From an uncultured Marinosulfonomonas sp. (GTDB taxonomy: Bacteria; Pseudomonadota; Alphaproteobacteria; Rhodobacterales; Rhodobacteraceae): a stretch of DNA of 52,722 bases. The stretch covers positions 1 through 52,722 of the forward strand of contig CAMZKY010000028.1 in assembly GCA_947311455.1 (NCBI GenBank). Direction: 5' to 3'. The notes beneath the pieces were generated by a model. It ran no database searches, was not told the DNA's origin, and was given only the letters and a program-made list of their open reading frames with translations. This document shows positions 1 to 11,017 of this stretch, piece by piece. The stretch's first letter is position 1, and every line of letters starts with the position of its first letter. The translations under genes and the position numbers were made by a program.

Positions 1-2
1 AC

Positions 3-1874
3 GGCCTGACGCGGCGTGCAATTTTAACGGCCCCTGTAAAAGGCGCGGCCATTGCAGCGGTTGGCGGCACAGCGATGTTGACCAATCCCGCCCTTGCATC
101 CAGTGATGCTGTGAACGTTGCACCGGGCGAACTGGACGATTATTATGGCTTCTGGTCTTCTGGTCAAGCGGGCGAAATGCGTATTGTCGGGGTGCCGTCC
201 ATGCGTGAGCTTATGCGCGTTCCTGTATTCAACGTATGCTCAGCCACCGGCTGGGGCATTACCAATGAATCAATCAAGATCATGAACGAAAACCTGTTGC
301 CAGAAACCAAAGAATACCTAAAACAGGCAGGTCTGAAAACATACCAAAATGGCGATCTTCACCACCCTCACATGTCCTTCACCGATGGCACCTATGACGG
401 ACGCTATTTGTTCATGAATGATAAGGCCAATTCACGTGTTGCTCGTGTGCGCTGTGACATCATGAAATGTGACAAGATCATCGAGATCCCTAATGCTTCC
501 GATATCCACGGCCTGCGCCCACAGAAATTCCCGCGCACCGGGTATGTTTTCTGTAATGGTGAGCATCGCGTACCTCTGATCAATGACGGCTCGAACATGG
601 ATGACGTGGCGAACTACGTTTCTATCTTTACCGCAATTGACGGCGATACGATGAACATCGAATGGCAAGTTATGGTTTCGGGTAACCTTGATAACTGTGA
701 TGCGGACTACAAAGGCAAATATGCCATGTCATCCTGCTATAACTCGGAAGAAGGTACCAACCTTGCCGAGATGATGGAATCAGAGATGGACCACGTTGTT
801 GTATACAACATCGAGCGTATCGAAGCTGCTATCAAGGCAGGTAAGTACGAAGTTCACAATGGTGTCAAAGTTCTGGATGGCCGGAAAGGATCCGGGACTG
901 GCATAACTGTTTATGTTCCAATTCCAAACAGCCCACATGGTGTAAACTCTGCTCCTGACCAAAAACACGTAATGGTTAACGGCAAGTTGTCACCAACCGT
1001 GACTGTGATTGAATGGGACAAACTGGATGCTGTGTTTGACGGTGCAGATCCACGTTCAGCCGTTGTCGCAGAACCTCAATTGGGTCTTGGCCCGCTTCAC
1101 ACCGCATTTGACGGTAAAGGCAATGCCTACACCACCTTGTTCCTGGATAGCCAAGCTGTGATGTGGAATATCGACAAAGCAATCCGCCAATATGCCGGCG
1201 AAGATGTTGATCCGATCATCCAGAAAACAGATGTGATGTATCAACCTGGTCACAACCACACCACAATGGGCGAAACCAAAGAGGCCGATGGTCAGTGGTT
1301 GATTTCTTTGAATAAATTCTCAAAAGACCGGTTCCTGAATGTTGGGCCACTGAAACCAGAGAATGACCAGCTTTTAGATATCAAAGATGGAAAACTAGAA
1401 GTGGTTCACGATGGTCCTGCGTTTGCAGAACCACATGATTGTATCATGGTGCGGGCGGATATTGTTAATCCGGTAAGCGTGTATGATCGCAATGACCCAA
1501 TGTGGGAAGACGCACGCAAGCAGGCAGAAGCAGATGGCGTTGACCTTGAAGAGGGCAGCGAAGAAGTTATCCGCGACGGTAACAAAGTGCGTGTTTATAT
1601 GTATTCATCTGCTCCCACATTCTCGCTTGAGGAATTCCGGGTTAAGCAAGGCGACGAAGTCACCGTTTACGTCACCAACATTGATGACGTTGATGATCTG
1701 ACACACGGCTTTACAATGGGGAGCCACGGCGTTGTTATGGAAATTGGACCACAACAAACGTCATCCGTTACCTTTATTGCGGGTCGTCCGGGTGTGCATT
1801 GGTTCTATTGTCAATGGTTCTGTCATGCATTACACATGGAAATGCGCGGCCGCATGTTGGTTGAACCTGCCTAA
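3..1874 (+). CDS. nosZ: Tat-dependent (clade I) nitrous-oxide reductase, 5'-truncated by the window edge
   Basis: The frame is open upstream of the ATG at 75 and reads [25 protein letters not shown] (twin-arginine signal). It contains [19 protein letters not shown] and EPHD (CuZ His motifs) and the CuA motif [14 protein letters not shown]. Confidence 0.98.
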   Translation, partial: GLTRRAILTAPVKGAAIAAVGGTAMLTNPALASSDAVNVAPGELDDYYGFWSSGQAGEMRIVGVPSMRELMRVPVFNVCSATGWGITNESIKIMNENLLPETKEYLKQAGLKTYQNGDLHHPHMSFTDGTYDGRYLFMNDKANSRVARVRCDIMKCDKIIEIPNASDIHGLRPQKFPRTGYVFCNGEHRVPLINDGSNMDDVANYVSIFTAIDGDTMNIEWQVMVSGNLDNCDADYKGKYAMSSCYNSEEGTNLAEMMESEMDHVVVYNIERIEAAIKAGKYEVHNGVKVLDGRKGSGTGITVYVPIPNSPHGVNSAPDQKHVMVNGKLSPTVTVIEWDKLDAVFDGADPRSAVVAEPQLGLGPLHTAFDGKGNAYTTLFLDSQAVMWNIDKAIRQYAGEDVDPIIQKTDVMYQPGHNHTTMGETKEADGQWLISLNKFSKDRFLNVGPLKPENDQLLDIKDGKLEVVHDGPAFAEPHDCIMVRADIVNPVSVYDRNDPMWEDARKQAEADGVDLEEGSEEVIRDGNKVRVYMYSSAPTFSLEEFRVKQGDEVTVYVTNIDDVDDLTHGFTMGSHGVVMEIGPQQTSSVTFIAGRPGVHWFYCQWFCHALHMEMRGRMLVEPA

Positions 1875-1885
1875 GGTATCTTGTG

Positions 1886-3145
1886 ATGATGCGTATTTTA
1901 CCGCTTCTGTTTGCCCTGATGCTCCCGACGTTTGTCGGAGCAAAAGAGGTACGCATTGCGGCCCAAGATGGCGCATTTGCACAAGCGATAAAAACAGCAC
2001 AGGCGGGGGATACCCTCCGCCTGTTGCCAGGTATTCACCGGGGGTCAGTTATTATTGACAAGCCCCTGACAATCATCGGCGACGGCGCAACAATTGATGG
2101 TCTTGAGCAAGGCTCGACCATCACTGTAGACGCCCCTGATGTGACTATTCGTGACCTGATTGTGATTGGCTCTGGCTCTGGCGGTGATGGCTTGGATGCA
2201 GGGATTACCTTGACCAAAAAAGCCGATCAAGCCGTGGTAGAACATAACCGCGTTTTGGGCAATTTGGTCGGCATCGATATGCACGGCCCCAAAAATGCAT
2301 TGGTTGCCTATAACTATATCGAAGGCCGCCATGATCGACGGATGAATGATCGTGGAAACGGCATTTATGTCTGGAATTCACCGGGTGGTCAGGTGATCGG
2401 CAATGATGTGCGCTATGGTCGTGACGGCATTTTTGTGAATGTGTCCAAAGGCAATACGTTTTCTTACAATCGGTTTCGTGATTTGCGATTTGCAGTGCAT
2501 TACATGCATGCTAATCGCTCAACCGTATCGCATAATATCTCAATCGGAAATGATCTTGGATATGCGATTATGTTTTCCGATCATGTCCGCATTGAAAACA
2601 ATCTATCCCTTAATGATCGCGAACATGGCATCATGATGAACTACACCAACAAAGGTGTTGTCCAAGATAACTGGATCCAAAATGTTGGCGAAAAATGTGT
2701 CTTTATTTACAATGCCCACAAGAACCAATTCCGAGGGAATTTGTTTGAAGGATGTGGCATCGGCATTCACTTCACTGCGGGTTCGGAACGAAACACATTT
2801 TTAACAAATGCGTTCATCGGCAATCGGACACAGGTTAAATATGTCGGATCAAGTTGGGTTGACTGGAGCGAGGATGGCGTTGGAAACTACTGGTCTGACC
2901 ACGCGGCCTTTGACCTCGATGGCAACGGTATTGCAGACAGTGCCTATCGCCCCAATGACATGATGGACCACGTGTTGTGGACACAACCTGCGGCAAAGGC
3001 ATTGCTTGGTTCACCTGCTGTTCAATTAATACGCTGGTCGCAATCTGCATTCCCTGCAATTTTACCGGGTGGCGTGATAGATCGCGCCCCGATGATACAC
3101 CCTAAACGCCCAGAAATTCCGGTTTGGAAAGAAATCCAATGGTAA
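1886..3145 (+). CDS. nosD: Nitrous oxide reductase maturation protein NosD (periplasmic beta-helix)
   Basis: Signal peptide, RGNGIYVWNS, RYGRDGIF and GNYWSD motifs; directly follows nosZ. Confidence 0.96.
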   Translation: MMRILPLLFALMLPTFVGAKEVRIAAQDGAFAQAIKTAQAGDTLRLLPGIHRGSVIIDKPLTIIGDGATIDGLEQGSTITVDAPDVTIRDLIVIGSGSGGDGLDAGITLTKKADQAVVEHNRVLGNLVGIDMHGPKNALVAYNYIEGRHDRRMNDRGNGIYVWNSPGGQVIGNDVRYGRDGIFVNVSKGNTFSYNRFRDLRFAVHYMHANRSTVSHNISIGNDLGYAIMFSDHVRIENNLSLNDREHGIMMNYTNKGVVQDNWIQNVGEKCVFIYNAHKNQFRGNLFEGCGIGIHFTAGSERNTFLTNAFIGNRTQVKYVGSSWVDWSEDGVGNYWSDHAAFDLDGNGIADSAYRPNDMMDHVLWTQPAAKALLGSPAVQLIRWSQSAFPAILPGGVIDRAPMIHPKRPEIPVWKEIQW

Positions 3146-4056
3146 TACTAGAAATTGAAAATGTGGGCAAAAAATATGGCCCATTGGAAACCGTTTGTGG
3201 CGTTAGTTTCCCTGTAGCTGCGGGTGAACGGGTTGCATTACTTGGTCACAATGGCGCGGGTAAAACCACGTTGATGCGGATGATCCTTGGTCTGACCACG
3301 ATAACGTCTGGCCAAATACGCGTGTTAGGCACCGCCCCCGGATCACGCAAGGCCCGCACCGCCACGGGGTTCTTACCCGAAAGCGTTGCCTTTCACGGGG
3401 CCCTTACCGGACGCGAACAATTGCGCCATTTTGCACGGCTTAAAAAAGCCCCGGTAAAGCAAGTGGATGAATTATTGAATCGCGTCGGTTTAGATCATGC
3501 CGCAGATCGCAAAATACGGACCTATTCAAAAGGTATGCGCCAACGTGTAGGGCTGGCACAAGCCTTGCTTGGCAAACCACAACTGGCACTTTTGGATGAG
3601 CCAACAAGTGGCCTTGACCCAATCTCGCGTCACGAATTTTACGACATCGTTGATGATCTGGCCAACAACGGCACGGCAGTTTTGCTATCGTCCCACGCCC
3701 TGACCGAACTTGAATTGCGCACTGACCGCATCGCAATCATGAGCAAGGGCGCACTGGTGGCGAATGACACCTTATCCAACTTGCGGCTTGGGGCGCAGAT
3801 GTCCATTCGGATAAAGGTCACCCTAGAAACCGGTGCGGTTGAACGCATGATTAGCGAAATAGGTGGCGAGCGGATGAATGGTAAATCTGTCACCCTTACA
3901 TGTCTGCAAGATGAAAAAATTGCCCTTTTAGGGCGTATTTCCAGCTATGGGCCCGCGGTTAAAGACATTGATATTATCCCCGCCAGTCTGGATGACTTAT
4001 ATCGCCACTACAGCCAAAAAACGGCAAGTGAAATCAGCGAGGCAGCATCATGTTAG
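3139..4056 (+). CDS. nosF: ABC transporter ATPase NosF
   Basis: Walker A GHNGAGKT, signature YSKGMRQR, Walker B LLDEP. The ATG at 3139 overlaps the nosD end. Confidence 0.93.
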   Translation: MVILEIENVGKKYGPLETVCGVSFPVAAGERVALLGHNGAGKTTLMRMILGLTTITSGQIRVLGTAPGSRKARTATGFLPESVAFHGALTGREQLRHFARLKKAPVKQVDELLNRVGLDHAADRKIRTYSKGMRQRVGLAQALLGKPQLALLDEPTSGLDPISRHEFYDIVDDLANNGTAVLLSSHALTELELRTDRIAIMSKGALVANDTLSNLRLGAQMSIRIKVTLETGAVERMISEIGGERMNGKSVTLTCLQDEKIALLGRISSYGPAVKDIDIIPASLDDLYRHYSQKTASEISEAASC

Positions 4057-4868
4057 TTCTGACCATTGTTCGACTTGAATTGTTGATTGCACGGCGCAAT
4101 ATGTGGGTTGCCACATCGGTGATATTAATGGGTCTGTTTACGGTTGTCCTTACCCTAACAGGAGGGGCACCGACAGGAACGCTGGGCGTTGATCCGTTAA
4201 TGATCGCCGTCACATCCATCACCACCCTATCGGTTTATCTGATCCCGCTTATCGGTCTGCTTTTGTCGTTTGATGCCATCGCTGGCGAAGCAGAGCGCGG
4301 CACCTTGGCCCTTAGCCTTACTTATCCTTTATCGCGCGCCGAAATCTTGATCGGTAAGTTTTTAGCACATCTTATTGTGCTAGGTTTTGCCGTTGCTGTT
4401 GGCTTATTGCTAACCGCGGGCTTAACCATTTGGCAACATGGCGGCGGAGGCATTTCATATTTCCCGCTGATCAAATTGTTTGCCACATCACTTGCCCTAG
4501 GTGCCGCATTCTTGGGCATCGGATATCTTGTCTCCAGCCTCGTGCGCCAAACGGGTGTGGCCTCGGGCGTTGTGATTGTCATCTGGCTGGTTTGCGTGGT
4601 GCTGTATGATCTGGGCCTACTTGGGGCCTTGGTGGCGGATGATGGCGGTGCGTTTACCAAAACGGTATTTCCATGGCTACTTGTGGCGAACCCTGCGGAT
4701 GCATTCAGGTTGATCAACATGCCTGATATTTCAGTGTCGGTACTGGCCTCTGGCATTGGGGCGGCGGGGGCTGCATCTGGGCTAGCAGGGCAACTCGCCT
4801 CATTGTTATTATGGCCAACGCTGGCGCTGTTTTTCGCGTGGCTTACTTTTAGAAGGGTTGAACCATGA
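4050..4868 (+). CDS. nosY: ABC transporter permease NosY
   Basis: Hydrophobic; DAIAGEAERGTLALSLTYPLSR and NPADAFR motifs; position in the nos cluster. Confidence 0.93.
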   Translation: MLVLTIVRLELLIARRNMWVATSVILMGLFTVVLTLTGGAPTGTLGVDPLMIAVTSITTLSVYLIPLIGLLLSFDAIAGEAERGTLALSLTYPLSRAEILIGKFLAHLIVLGFAVAVGLLLTAGLTIWQHGGGGISYFPLIKLFATSLALGAAFLGIGYLVSSLVRQTGVASGVVIVIWLVCVVLYDLGLLGALVADDGGAFTKTVFPWLLVANPADAFRLINMPDISVSVLASGIGAAGAASGLAGQLASLLLWPTLALFFAWLTFRRVEP

Positions 4869-5392
4869 AGTTGATATTCCCCATCCTTCTATCGCTCGCC
4901 TTTGTCGCAGGGTGCAAAGAAGATGACGTTGCAATGCTTGTGCCCGACCCGTTGGAGTTAACCCCAGAGGCCGCAGGGCATTATTGCCAGATGATTGTAC
5001 TGGATCATGTCGGCCCCAAAGCACAGGCACATTTTGCCAATGGCATGAATCCGTTGTGGTTTAGTCAGGCTCGCGACGGGCTTGCTTATGTCCTATCCCC
5101 CGAGGAAGAAGCCGAAGTCATTGTTTTATATGTAAACGACATGGGCGAGGCCGAAAGTTGGGACAAGCCCGGCATCGGGAACTGGATCAAGGCACGCGAC
5201 GCCTTTTTTGTAGTTGGCTCAGATGCCCTTGGCGGCATGGGCGCGCCCGAGCTGGTTCCTTTTGGAAACATAAAAAAAGCCAACAGCTTTGCAACGAAAC
5301 ATGGGGGCAAAGTAATGCGCTTGGATGAAATCCCGATCGAGGCGGTTTTATCCCCGATTAAATTTAATACTGATACTCTGGAGCAGACATAA
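4865..5392 (+). CDS. nosL: Copper chaperone lipoprotein NosL
   Basis: Lipobox VAGC; GHYCQM...GPKAQ and GGMGAPE motifs. Confidence 0.93.
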   Translation: MKLIFPILLSLAFVAGCKEDDVAMLVPDPLELTPEAAGHYCQMIVLDHVGPKAQAHFANGMNPLWFSQARDGLAYVLSPEEEAEVIVLYVNDMGEAESWDKPGIGNWIKARDAFFVVGSDALGGMGAPELVPFGNIKKANSFATKHGGKVMRLDEIPIEAVLSPIKFNTDTLEQT

Positions 5393-6288
5393 TGATGAAC
5401 CGTAGACGCGCAATTACAATACTTGCTGGGGCCGTAGCCCTTCCATCTTTTGGGACATCCGCAAGCGCAACAACCAAAAACTGGCAAGGCATTGCCCTGG
5501 GAGCCAAAGCACAAATTGTGCTAGATCACCCTAACGCTGATGCACTGATCTCACGCGCCGTTGGCGAAATTCGCCGGTTGGAAAACATCTTTAGCCTATA
5601 TAATGCCAACAGCCAGTTGGCCCAGCTAAATCGTGAGGGTGTATTGGATAACCCTGCATTTGAAATGGTGGAATTGTTGTCAATTTGTGCGGGGATAAAT
5701 GCCCGTACCAATGGTGCTTTTGACCCCACAGTTCAACGTTTATGGATGCTTTATGCTGAAGAGTTTTCGGCAGGAAAGCACCCGACAGATCAACAAATAG
5801 CCCACGCTTTGGATCTTACGGGTTGGTCACATATTGAAATATCCCAGCACCGGATTTCAGTCGATCGTGACGGTGTAATGCTGACGCTAAATGGTATTGC
5901 GCAGGGATTTATTGCAGACAAGATCACCGCATTACTGCGGGCTGGCGGGGTTGAAAATGTGCTTGTGAACACCGGTGAAATTTCGGCGATTGGTATAAAC
6001 CCAGACGGGGCATATTGGCAGGTTAAACGCGGCAACATTAGCGGACCTAAGGTTACCCTACACAATGAAGCTATCGCAACATCAGCACCGTTAGGCACAA
6101 CGTTTGACGCAAATAAAACCGCTGGCCATATCCTCGATCCACGCACGGGTAAAACTGGTGGTCTTTGGCCTGAAGTAAGTGTGATATCAGATTCAGCGGC
6201 GTTGTCTGATGGGTTGTCGACAGCATTTTGTCTGATGACGAAGCCTGAAATCGAGATAGCAAAGGGTCACGCAAAAGCTTACCTTTGA
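5392..6288 (+). CDS. nosX: FAD:protein FMN transferase NosX (ApbE family)
   Basis: Tat signal NRRRAI; FDPTVQ, TLNGIAQG, HILDPRTG and DGLSTA ApbE motifs; last gene of the nos cluster. Confidence 0.92.
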   Translation: MMNRRRAITILAGAVALPSFGTSASATTKNWQGIALGAKAQIVLDHPNADALISRAVGEIRRLENIFSLYNANSQLAQLNREGVLDNPAFEMVELLSICAGINARTNGAFDPTVQRLWMLYAEEFSAGKHPTDQQIAHALDLTGWSHIEISQHRISVDRDGVMLTLNGIAQGFIADKITALLRAGGVENVLVNTGEISAIGINPDGAYWQVKRGNISGPKVTLHNEAIATSAPLGTTFDANKTAGHILDPRTGKTGGLWPEVSVISDSAALSDGLSTAFCLMTKPEIEIAKGHAKAYL

Positions 6289-6445
6289 GTTGTGCAGTAA
6301 TCCGCCTGATCGTTAGAAAATCACGGTAGATCCAAAGCGTATGTTGGCCCATGGGGCCGACATTGTTGTGATCTTGATTGGGCTCTGACTACTGTCTGTT
6401 TTTACGACTGTGCTTGGAATATTGCTCTGCGTTTTACACATATCT

Positions 6446-7297
6446 CTAGCTCGAAAAAACGCCCCTTAAAAACGTCTCTATTTCTTGGGACAACTGTTTA
6501 TGAAATGCGACCCGGTCAAACCCATCAGGATCCACAGATGGCGGAAAATGTGGCCCGGATACATCCTTGGGAAACGGGCTAAGAAACGAAAAATGGCCCG
6601 CGTTTTTGATGCGGCGCAAATCAACGTCTCCCTTCACTTGATCAACCACGCGCGCCGCATGTTCTGGCCCGGTGAACGGATCTTTTTCGGCCTCATAGAT
6701 CAGCACAGGCACTGACACGTCGGTCAGCCCTTCAGGATAGGCATACCATCCCGTTGCGGGTGCCATCAGTACCAAGCCCTTGACCCGGTCATCGCCTTTC
6801 ACCGTAACTTTCTGACGTGTTTCGCTAAAGGGCATACCACCTGCCAACGCCAAACCTGTGTAGGCCCCGATTGAATGGCCAATTACCGCCACTTGTTGGG
6901 TATCAACCGCGTCGCCCAAAATCAGGTTTTGCCCAAGAGCATCAATCACCAGAGAAATGTGTTTGGGTCGCAACACCAGGTTCCGCAATGTGCCTTCCAA
7001 ATCGTTTTCATCACGATTGTTCAGATGGTGTTCCGGCATCGCCACCACATAACCGGCCCCTGTCAGGGCTTGGGCAATGGTTAGATATCCTAGCCGATTT
7101 CCGCCCGATCCGTGAGAAATAACAACCAAAGGGAATTTCCCCTCCGCAACGGGCGCATTCAGCCCTGCCTGGATGGTAAACGGGTGCAAATTGAAATCAC
7201 CAAACGCATCACGGGCAGGATACATGACAAAACACGGGAACCCGATATGCGCTTGATTGTCCATCACTCTAATATGCGTGCAACCGGTGTTTTCCAT
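6446..7297 (-). CDS. Alpha/beta hydrolase (dienelactone hydrolase/PAF-acetylhydrolase-like)
   Basis: PLVVISHGSGG, nucleophile elbow GHSIG, AGHFSFL. Confidence 0.8.
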   Translation of the reverse strand: MENTGCTHIRVMDNQAHIGFPCFVMYPARDAFGDFNLHPFTIQAGLNAPVAEGKFPLVVISHGSGGNRLGYLTIAQALTGAGYVVAMPEHHLNNRDENDLEGTLRNLVLRPKHISLVIDALGQNLILGDAVDTQQVAVIGHSIGAYTGLALAGGMPFSETRQKVTVKGDDRVKGLVLMAPATGWYAYPEGLTDVSVPVLIYEAEKDPFTGPEHAARVVDQVKGDVDLRRIKNAGHFSFLSPFPKDVSGPHFPPSVDPDGFDRVAFHKQLSQEIETFLRGVFSS

Positions 7298-7552
7298 GGT
7301 TCTATCCTCGTTTGGATTTAGCTTGCCGTGATATCGCAGGGTTTTTCAGGCATGGTCAAGTGAATTTGCATTCGCCCCGTTTTGCAATTTTCGCAGTTTG
7401 AAAATCTGCTCAACCAATCCTTACAACGAATCTATTATTCCGGAATCCTGGATTCGTTGGTAATAGGCCAACCCTCTGATACGATAGTATTAATCAAAGA
7501 AATGACGCGACATAAAAACCGTAAATTGCAGGGCAATATTACACCAGCCCAC

Positions 7553-7582
7553 AAAAAAGGGTGCCCCGAAACGAGACACCCT
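7553..7582 (-). terminator. Rho-independent terminator downstream of bioY
   Basis: On the minus strand: AGGGTGTCTCG-TTT-CGGGGCACCCT (with G-U pairs) followed by a T run. Confidence 0.7.
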
Positions 7583-7627
7583 GAATTAAAAGACGGCGAA
7601 GAAAGCCGTCAGGCTTGATGAGCCAGC

Positions 7628-8227
7628 TTAGCCGCGCGCGCGGCCAACCAGTTTCCAAACCGCAGGAAACAAAACTGCTGCAAGCGCCAGTTTCACCGCA
7701 TCACCCAGCAAAAACGGTGTCAGACCCCATGCAAGGATCGGTTTGTCAAACCCATACAGCGCCCCCAGCCACAGAACACCCGGGATATAAATCAACGCGT
7801 TGCCAATCAGCATCGCACCGGCCATTTTCACCGGCGAACGATCCCAACCCTTGGCGGCCAATGCGCCCAAAGCCAACGTCGCCAGCACAAATCCAACCAG
7901 ATAACCGCCCGTGCTGCCCATCATATAGGTCAGACCATTCAAATCAGCCGTGGATTCGGCAAACACATCAAACCCAAGCATCCCGACCAGCATATAGGCA
8001 ATAATTGTGACCAGCCCCAAACGTGTGCCATAAGCCGCGCCAATGGTCAGCACCGCAAATGTGCCCATGGTCATGGGAACCGGAGACATCGGCACCGAAA
8101 TTTTCGCCCCAATCGCCAGCATAGCCACCCCGCCCGCGACCAGTGCCGCCTGTTTCAAACGCAACGCCGCGCCTGTTGTTGCGCCGAAAACCTCGGCCAG
8201 AACCGGATTATTTGCCGTTATTGCCAT
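7628..8227 (-). CDS. bioY: Biotin transporter BioY (ECF S component)
   Basis: PVPMTMGTFAV, GSTGGYLVGF and PFLLGDAVK motifs. Confidence 0.93.
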   Translation of the reverse strand: MAITANNPVLAEVFGATTGAALRLKQAALVAGGVAMLAIGAKISVPMSPVPMTMGTFAVLTIGAAYGTRLGLVTIIAYMLVGMLGFDVFAESTADLNGLTYMMGSTGGYLVGFVLATLALGALAAKGWDRSPVKMAGAMLIGNALIYIPGVLWLGALYGFDKPILAWGLTPFLLGDAVKLALAAVLFPAVWKLVGRARG

Positions 8228-8392
8228 GTGTAAGCACTCCTATTGCCCTAAAGTTAACTCTATTTGCCCCACCACGCCCCCATGCGCAAGGAAAAATGCC
8301 GCAAATGCGCGCAACCCTGTTTCTTCCCCTTGCCGCATTGCAGCAACCGCCCTATGACGCAGGCACCTGTTCAACACATAAAGGCTGCTTCA

Positions 8393-9700
8393 ATGATCCC
8401 TCGTTATTCCCGCCCCGAAATGGTTGCCATCTGGTCTCCGGAAACAAAATTCCGCATCTGGTATGAGATCGAAGCCCACGCCTGTGATGCCATGGCCAAA
8501 ATTGGCGTGATCCCCGAGGCCAACGCAAAAGCCGTTTGGAAAGCCAAAGATGTGCCCTTTGACGTGGCGCGCATTGATGAAATTGAAGCCGTCACCAAAC
8601 ATGACGTGATCGCATTCCTTACCCATCTTGCCGAAATCATCGGCAATGACGAGGCCCGTTTTGTGCATCAGGGTATGACGTCATCAGACGTGTTGGACAC
8701 TTGCTTTAACGTGCAACTGGTCAAGGCCTCCGACATTCTGATCAAAGATATGGAAGCGTTGCTCGCGGCCCTGAAACGCCGCGCGTTTGAGCATAAAATG
8801 ACCATCCGCATCGGGCGCAGCCACGCCATCCACGCCGAACCCACCACCATGGGCCTGACCTTCGCGCGCTTTTATGCCGAAATGGATCGCAACCTGACCC
8901 GCCTGAAAACCGCCCGCGACGAAATCGCCACCGGTGCCATTTCCGGCGCGGTGGGCACATTTGCCAATATCGACCCGTCAGTCGAGGCGCATGTCTGCGA
9001 ACAACTGGGCCTGAAACCCGAACCCATTTCAACGCAGGTGATCCCGCGTGATCGCCACGCCGCGTTTTTTGCCGCGCTTGGGGTTGTGGGCAGCTCCATT
9101 GAAAACATCGCCATCGAAGTGCGCCACATGCAACGCACCGAAGTTTTGGAAGCCGAAGAATTCTTTTCCAAAGGCCAAAAGGGATCGTCGGCCATGCCCC
9201 ACAAACGCAATCCGGTGCTGTCGGAAAACCTGACAGGTCTGGCGCGTCTGGTGCGTATGGCCGTGGTGCCCGCGATGGAAAACGTGGCCCTGTGGCATGA
9301 GCGCGATATCTCGCACTCCTCGGTTGAGCGTAACATCGGCCCCGACACCACCATAACCCTTGATTTTGCCCTTGGGCGTTTGACTGGCCTAATTGATAAA
9401 CTGGTGATCTATCCTGACAACATGATGGCCAACATGAACAAATTCCGCGGTCTTGTGCATTCGCAGCGGGTGCTTTTGGCACTTACGCAAGCCGGCGTAT
9501 CGCGCGAAGACAGCTATCGCCTTGTGCAACGCAACGCCATGCGCGTGTGGGAAGAAGGGGCTGATTTTATGACGGAGTTACTGGCAGATGCGGACGTCAC
9601 CGCGGCCCTGACAGTAGACGAAATCAAAGACAAATTCGACCTAGGTTACCACACCAAACACGTCGACACGATCTTTGCACGGGTGTTTGGTGATAGCTAA
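8393..9700 (+). CDS. purB: Adenylosuccinate lyase
   Basis: [10 protein letters not shown] start (ATG at 8393, not 8264); [18 protein letters not shown] and [10 protein letters not shown]. Confidence 0.98.
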   Translation: MIPRYSRPEMVAIWSPETKFRIWYEIEAHACDAMAKIGVIPEANAKAVWKAKDVPFDVARIDEIEAVTKHDVIAFLTHLAEIIGNDEARFVHQGMTSSDVLDTCFNVQLVKASDILIKDMEALLAALKRRAFEHKMTIRIGRSHAIHAEPTTMGLTFARFYAEMDRNLTRLKTARDEIATGAISGAVGTFANIDPSVEAHVCEQLGLKPEPISTQVIPRDRHAAFFAALGVVGSSIENIAIEVRHMQRTEVLEAEEFFSKGQKGSSAMPHKRNPVLSENLTGLARLVRMAVVPAMENVALWHERDISHSSVERNIGPDTTITLDFALGRLTGLIDKLVIYPDNMMANMNKFRGLVHSQRVLLALTQAGVSREDSYRLVQRNAMRVWEEGADFMTELLADADVTAALTVDEIKDKFDLGYHTKHVDTIFARVFGDS

Positions 9701-9721
9701 CGTAAAATAAAAATGGCCAGC

Positions 9722-9743
9722 GGCGGGGTGAACCCCGCCCTAC
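9722..9743 (-). repeat. REP-like element (GTAG + GC-rich palindrome)
   Basis: The minus strand reads GTAGGGCGGGGTTCACCCCGCC; a related copy lies at 26093-26114. Confidence 0.7.
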
Positions 9744-9757
9744 CACTACATAAAAGA

Positions 9758-9898
9758 GGTGGTCGCAGGATTTCGGACCTGTAGTCAAGATGGATCAACT
9801 AACGAGAAAGACGATTCAAAATGACGAAACGAAAGAACCACTCTTCCGATTTCGAAGCCAAGGTTGCGCTTGAAGCGATCCGTGAGGAAATGACAATC
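9758..9898 (+). mobile_element. IS3-family left-end remnant (first ~25 codons of transposase OrfA)
   Basis: The ATG at 9821 gives MTKRKNHSSDFEAKVALEAIREEMT, matching the IS3 OrfA N-terminal pattern (KRKxHxxxFKAKVALEA). Similarity is lost after ~9897 and the frame stops at 9946. The left boundary is approximate. Confidence 0.65.
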
Positions 9899-10353
9899 GA
9901 TCCGCCAACTCAACCACCCTCACAGATCCCACTAGTGGTCACATGATATCCCACCTCCATAACGCAGCCCATAGGCGAGGGTGAGGAAATCTAATCCTTT
10001 TGCCATGTACGCGATCAAGCTCCACGTAGCGCGCCTGTTTCCCTCGCATCGCAAATCTCGCATAATCATCTGCACGTAATACTTACCAAATGCACACGCT
10101 TTACACACTACTGTATTGGCGTGGGAGCAATGCTTTTCACGCAGGATTGCCTGAGCTTTGAAAACGAAAGATTGTCGCATTTGGACAAGACGCTTTACGA
10201 ATTTTGGGCAGAGTAAATCCATGAACAGATCTTTAAACTGGAAACTAGCCCTGATCTCGCGTCACATCGGCGCGCGGCGTGGCAATGCGGCACGAGGCCG
10301 TCCAAAGCGTTGATTTTACTCGCTTAATTTTTAGTTTTATAAGACACAATCCC

Positions 10354-11017
10354 ATGATGAAACGCCCTACCCGCCGCTCCGGCGGCCGTTCTGCACGTGT
10401 AGCAATGCGCGCAACCCCGCTTGCCGAAAATGTTCGACCCATCCAGGGCGGCATGAACAGCAACGCCTATAAACCCCTGTCAGACACCGATATTTTACGC
10501 ATTCACCACACAGCACTTGATGCCTTGGAACAGATTGGCCTTGCGAACACACCCCAATCCGGCATCGATCTTATGGTCAAGGCAGGCGCAATTTTTGGGG
10601 GTGAATATGGTTTATGAAGCGGCTGACATGCACGCCTCATTGCTTGGGTTTTGCCACAAAAGCCTGATCCTTGGCGATGATCTGATCGGCCAATCCCTGC
10701 GCTGTGTGCGCGGCATAGAAGCATCGCAAGACAGCATTAGCCTTGAGGTGATGCGCAGTGTTTGTCAGGGCGGGCCAGAGCATTATTTGGGCCAAGATCA
10801 AACACTCCGCCGGATGCAGACCGAATATGTATACCCCGAGATGGGCAACCGCACTTCGCCCAGGGAATGGATAGAGCAGGGCAAACCGGATTTGATTTCC
10901 ACGGTGATCAACCGCAAAAACGAAATTCTGGCCCAGCCGCCAAGGGCACGGTTTGATCCGGTGCTGGATGCAAAATTGCGAGAAAAATTCAAAATTCATC
11001 TGACTGCTGATAAATAA
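10354..11017 (+). pseudogene. Trimethylamine methyltransferase (MttB) family gene with a large internal deletion and frameshift
   Basis: The N-terminal piece RRSGGRSAR...YKPLSDTDILRIHHTALDALEQIG is fused out of frame at ~10595-10605 to the C-terminal piece NMVYEAADMHASLLGFC...GPEHYLGQDQTL. About 220 codons remain versus ~500 in intact family members. Confidence 0.8.

Noticed and set aside
6342-6364. Hairpin ATGTTGGCCC..GGGCCGACAT after nosX as a terminator
   Set aside because: There is a stem but no convincing U tract on either strand, so it was left uncalled.
7382-7618. 78-aa ORF between the hydrolase and bioY
   Set aside because: TTG start, no motifs, and it runs through the bioY terminator.
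8264-8392. N-terminal extensions from the ORF track (purB 8264, fdh beta 22847, rne 29651, purQ 46616, purC 47650, bmt 50186)
   Set aside because: Family-typical N-termini and, in several cases, RBSs are at downstream ATGs, which were used instead.
8742-9482. 246-aa antisense ORF inside purB, and similar shadow ORFs (e.g. 31373-32212, 39582-40205, 50401-50967)
   Set aside because: They lie fully opposite well-conserved genes, have no recognisable motifs, and are expected from codon bias.
9932-10222. 96-aa minus-strand ORF
   Set aside because: No recognisable family or clear RBS; it lies in a decayed region.
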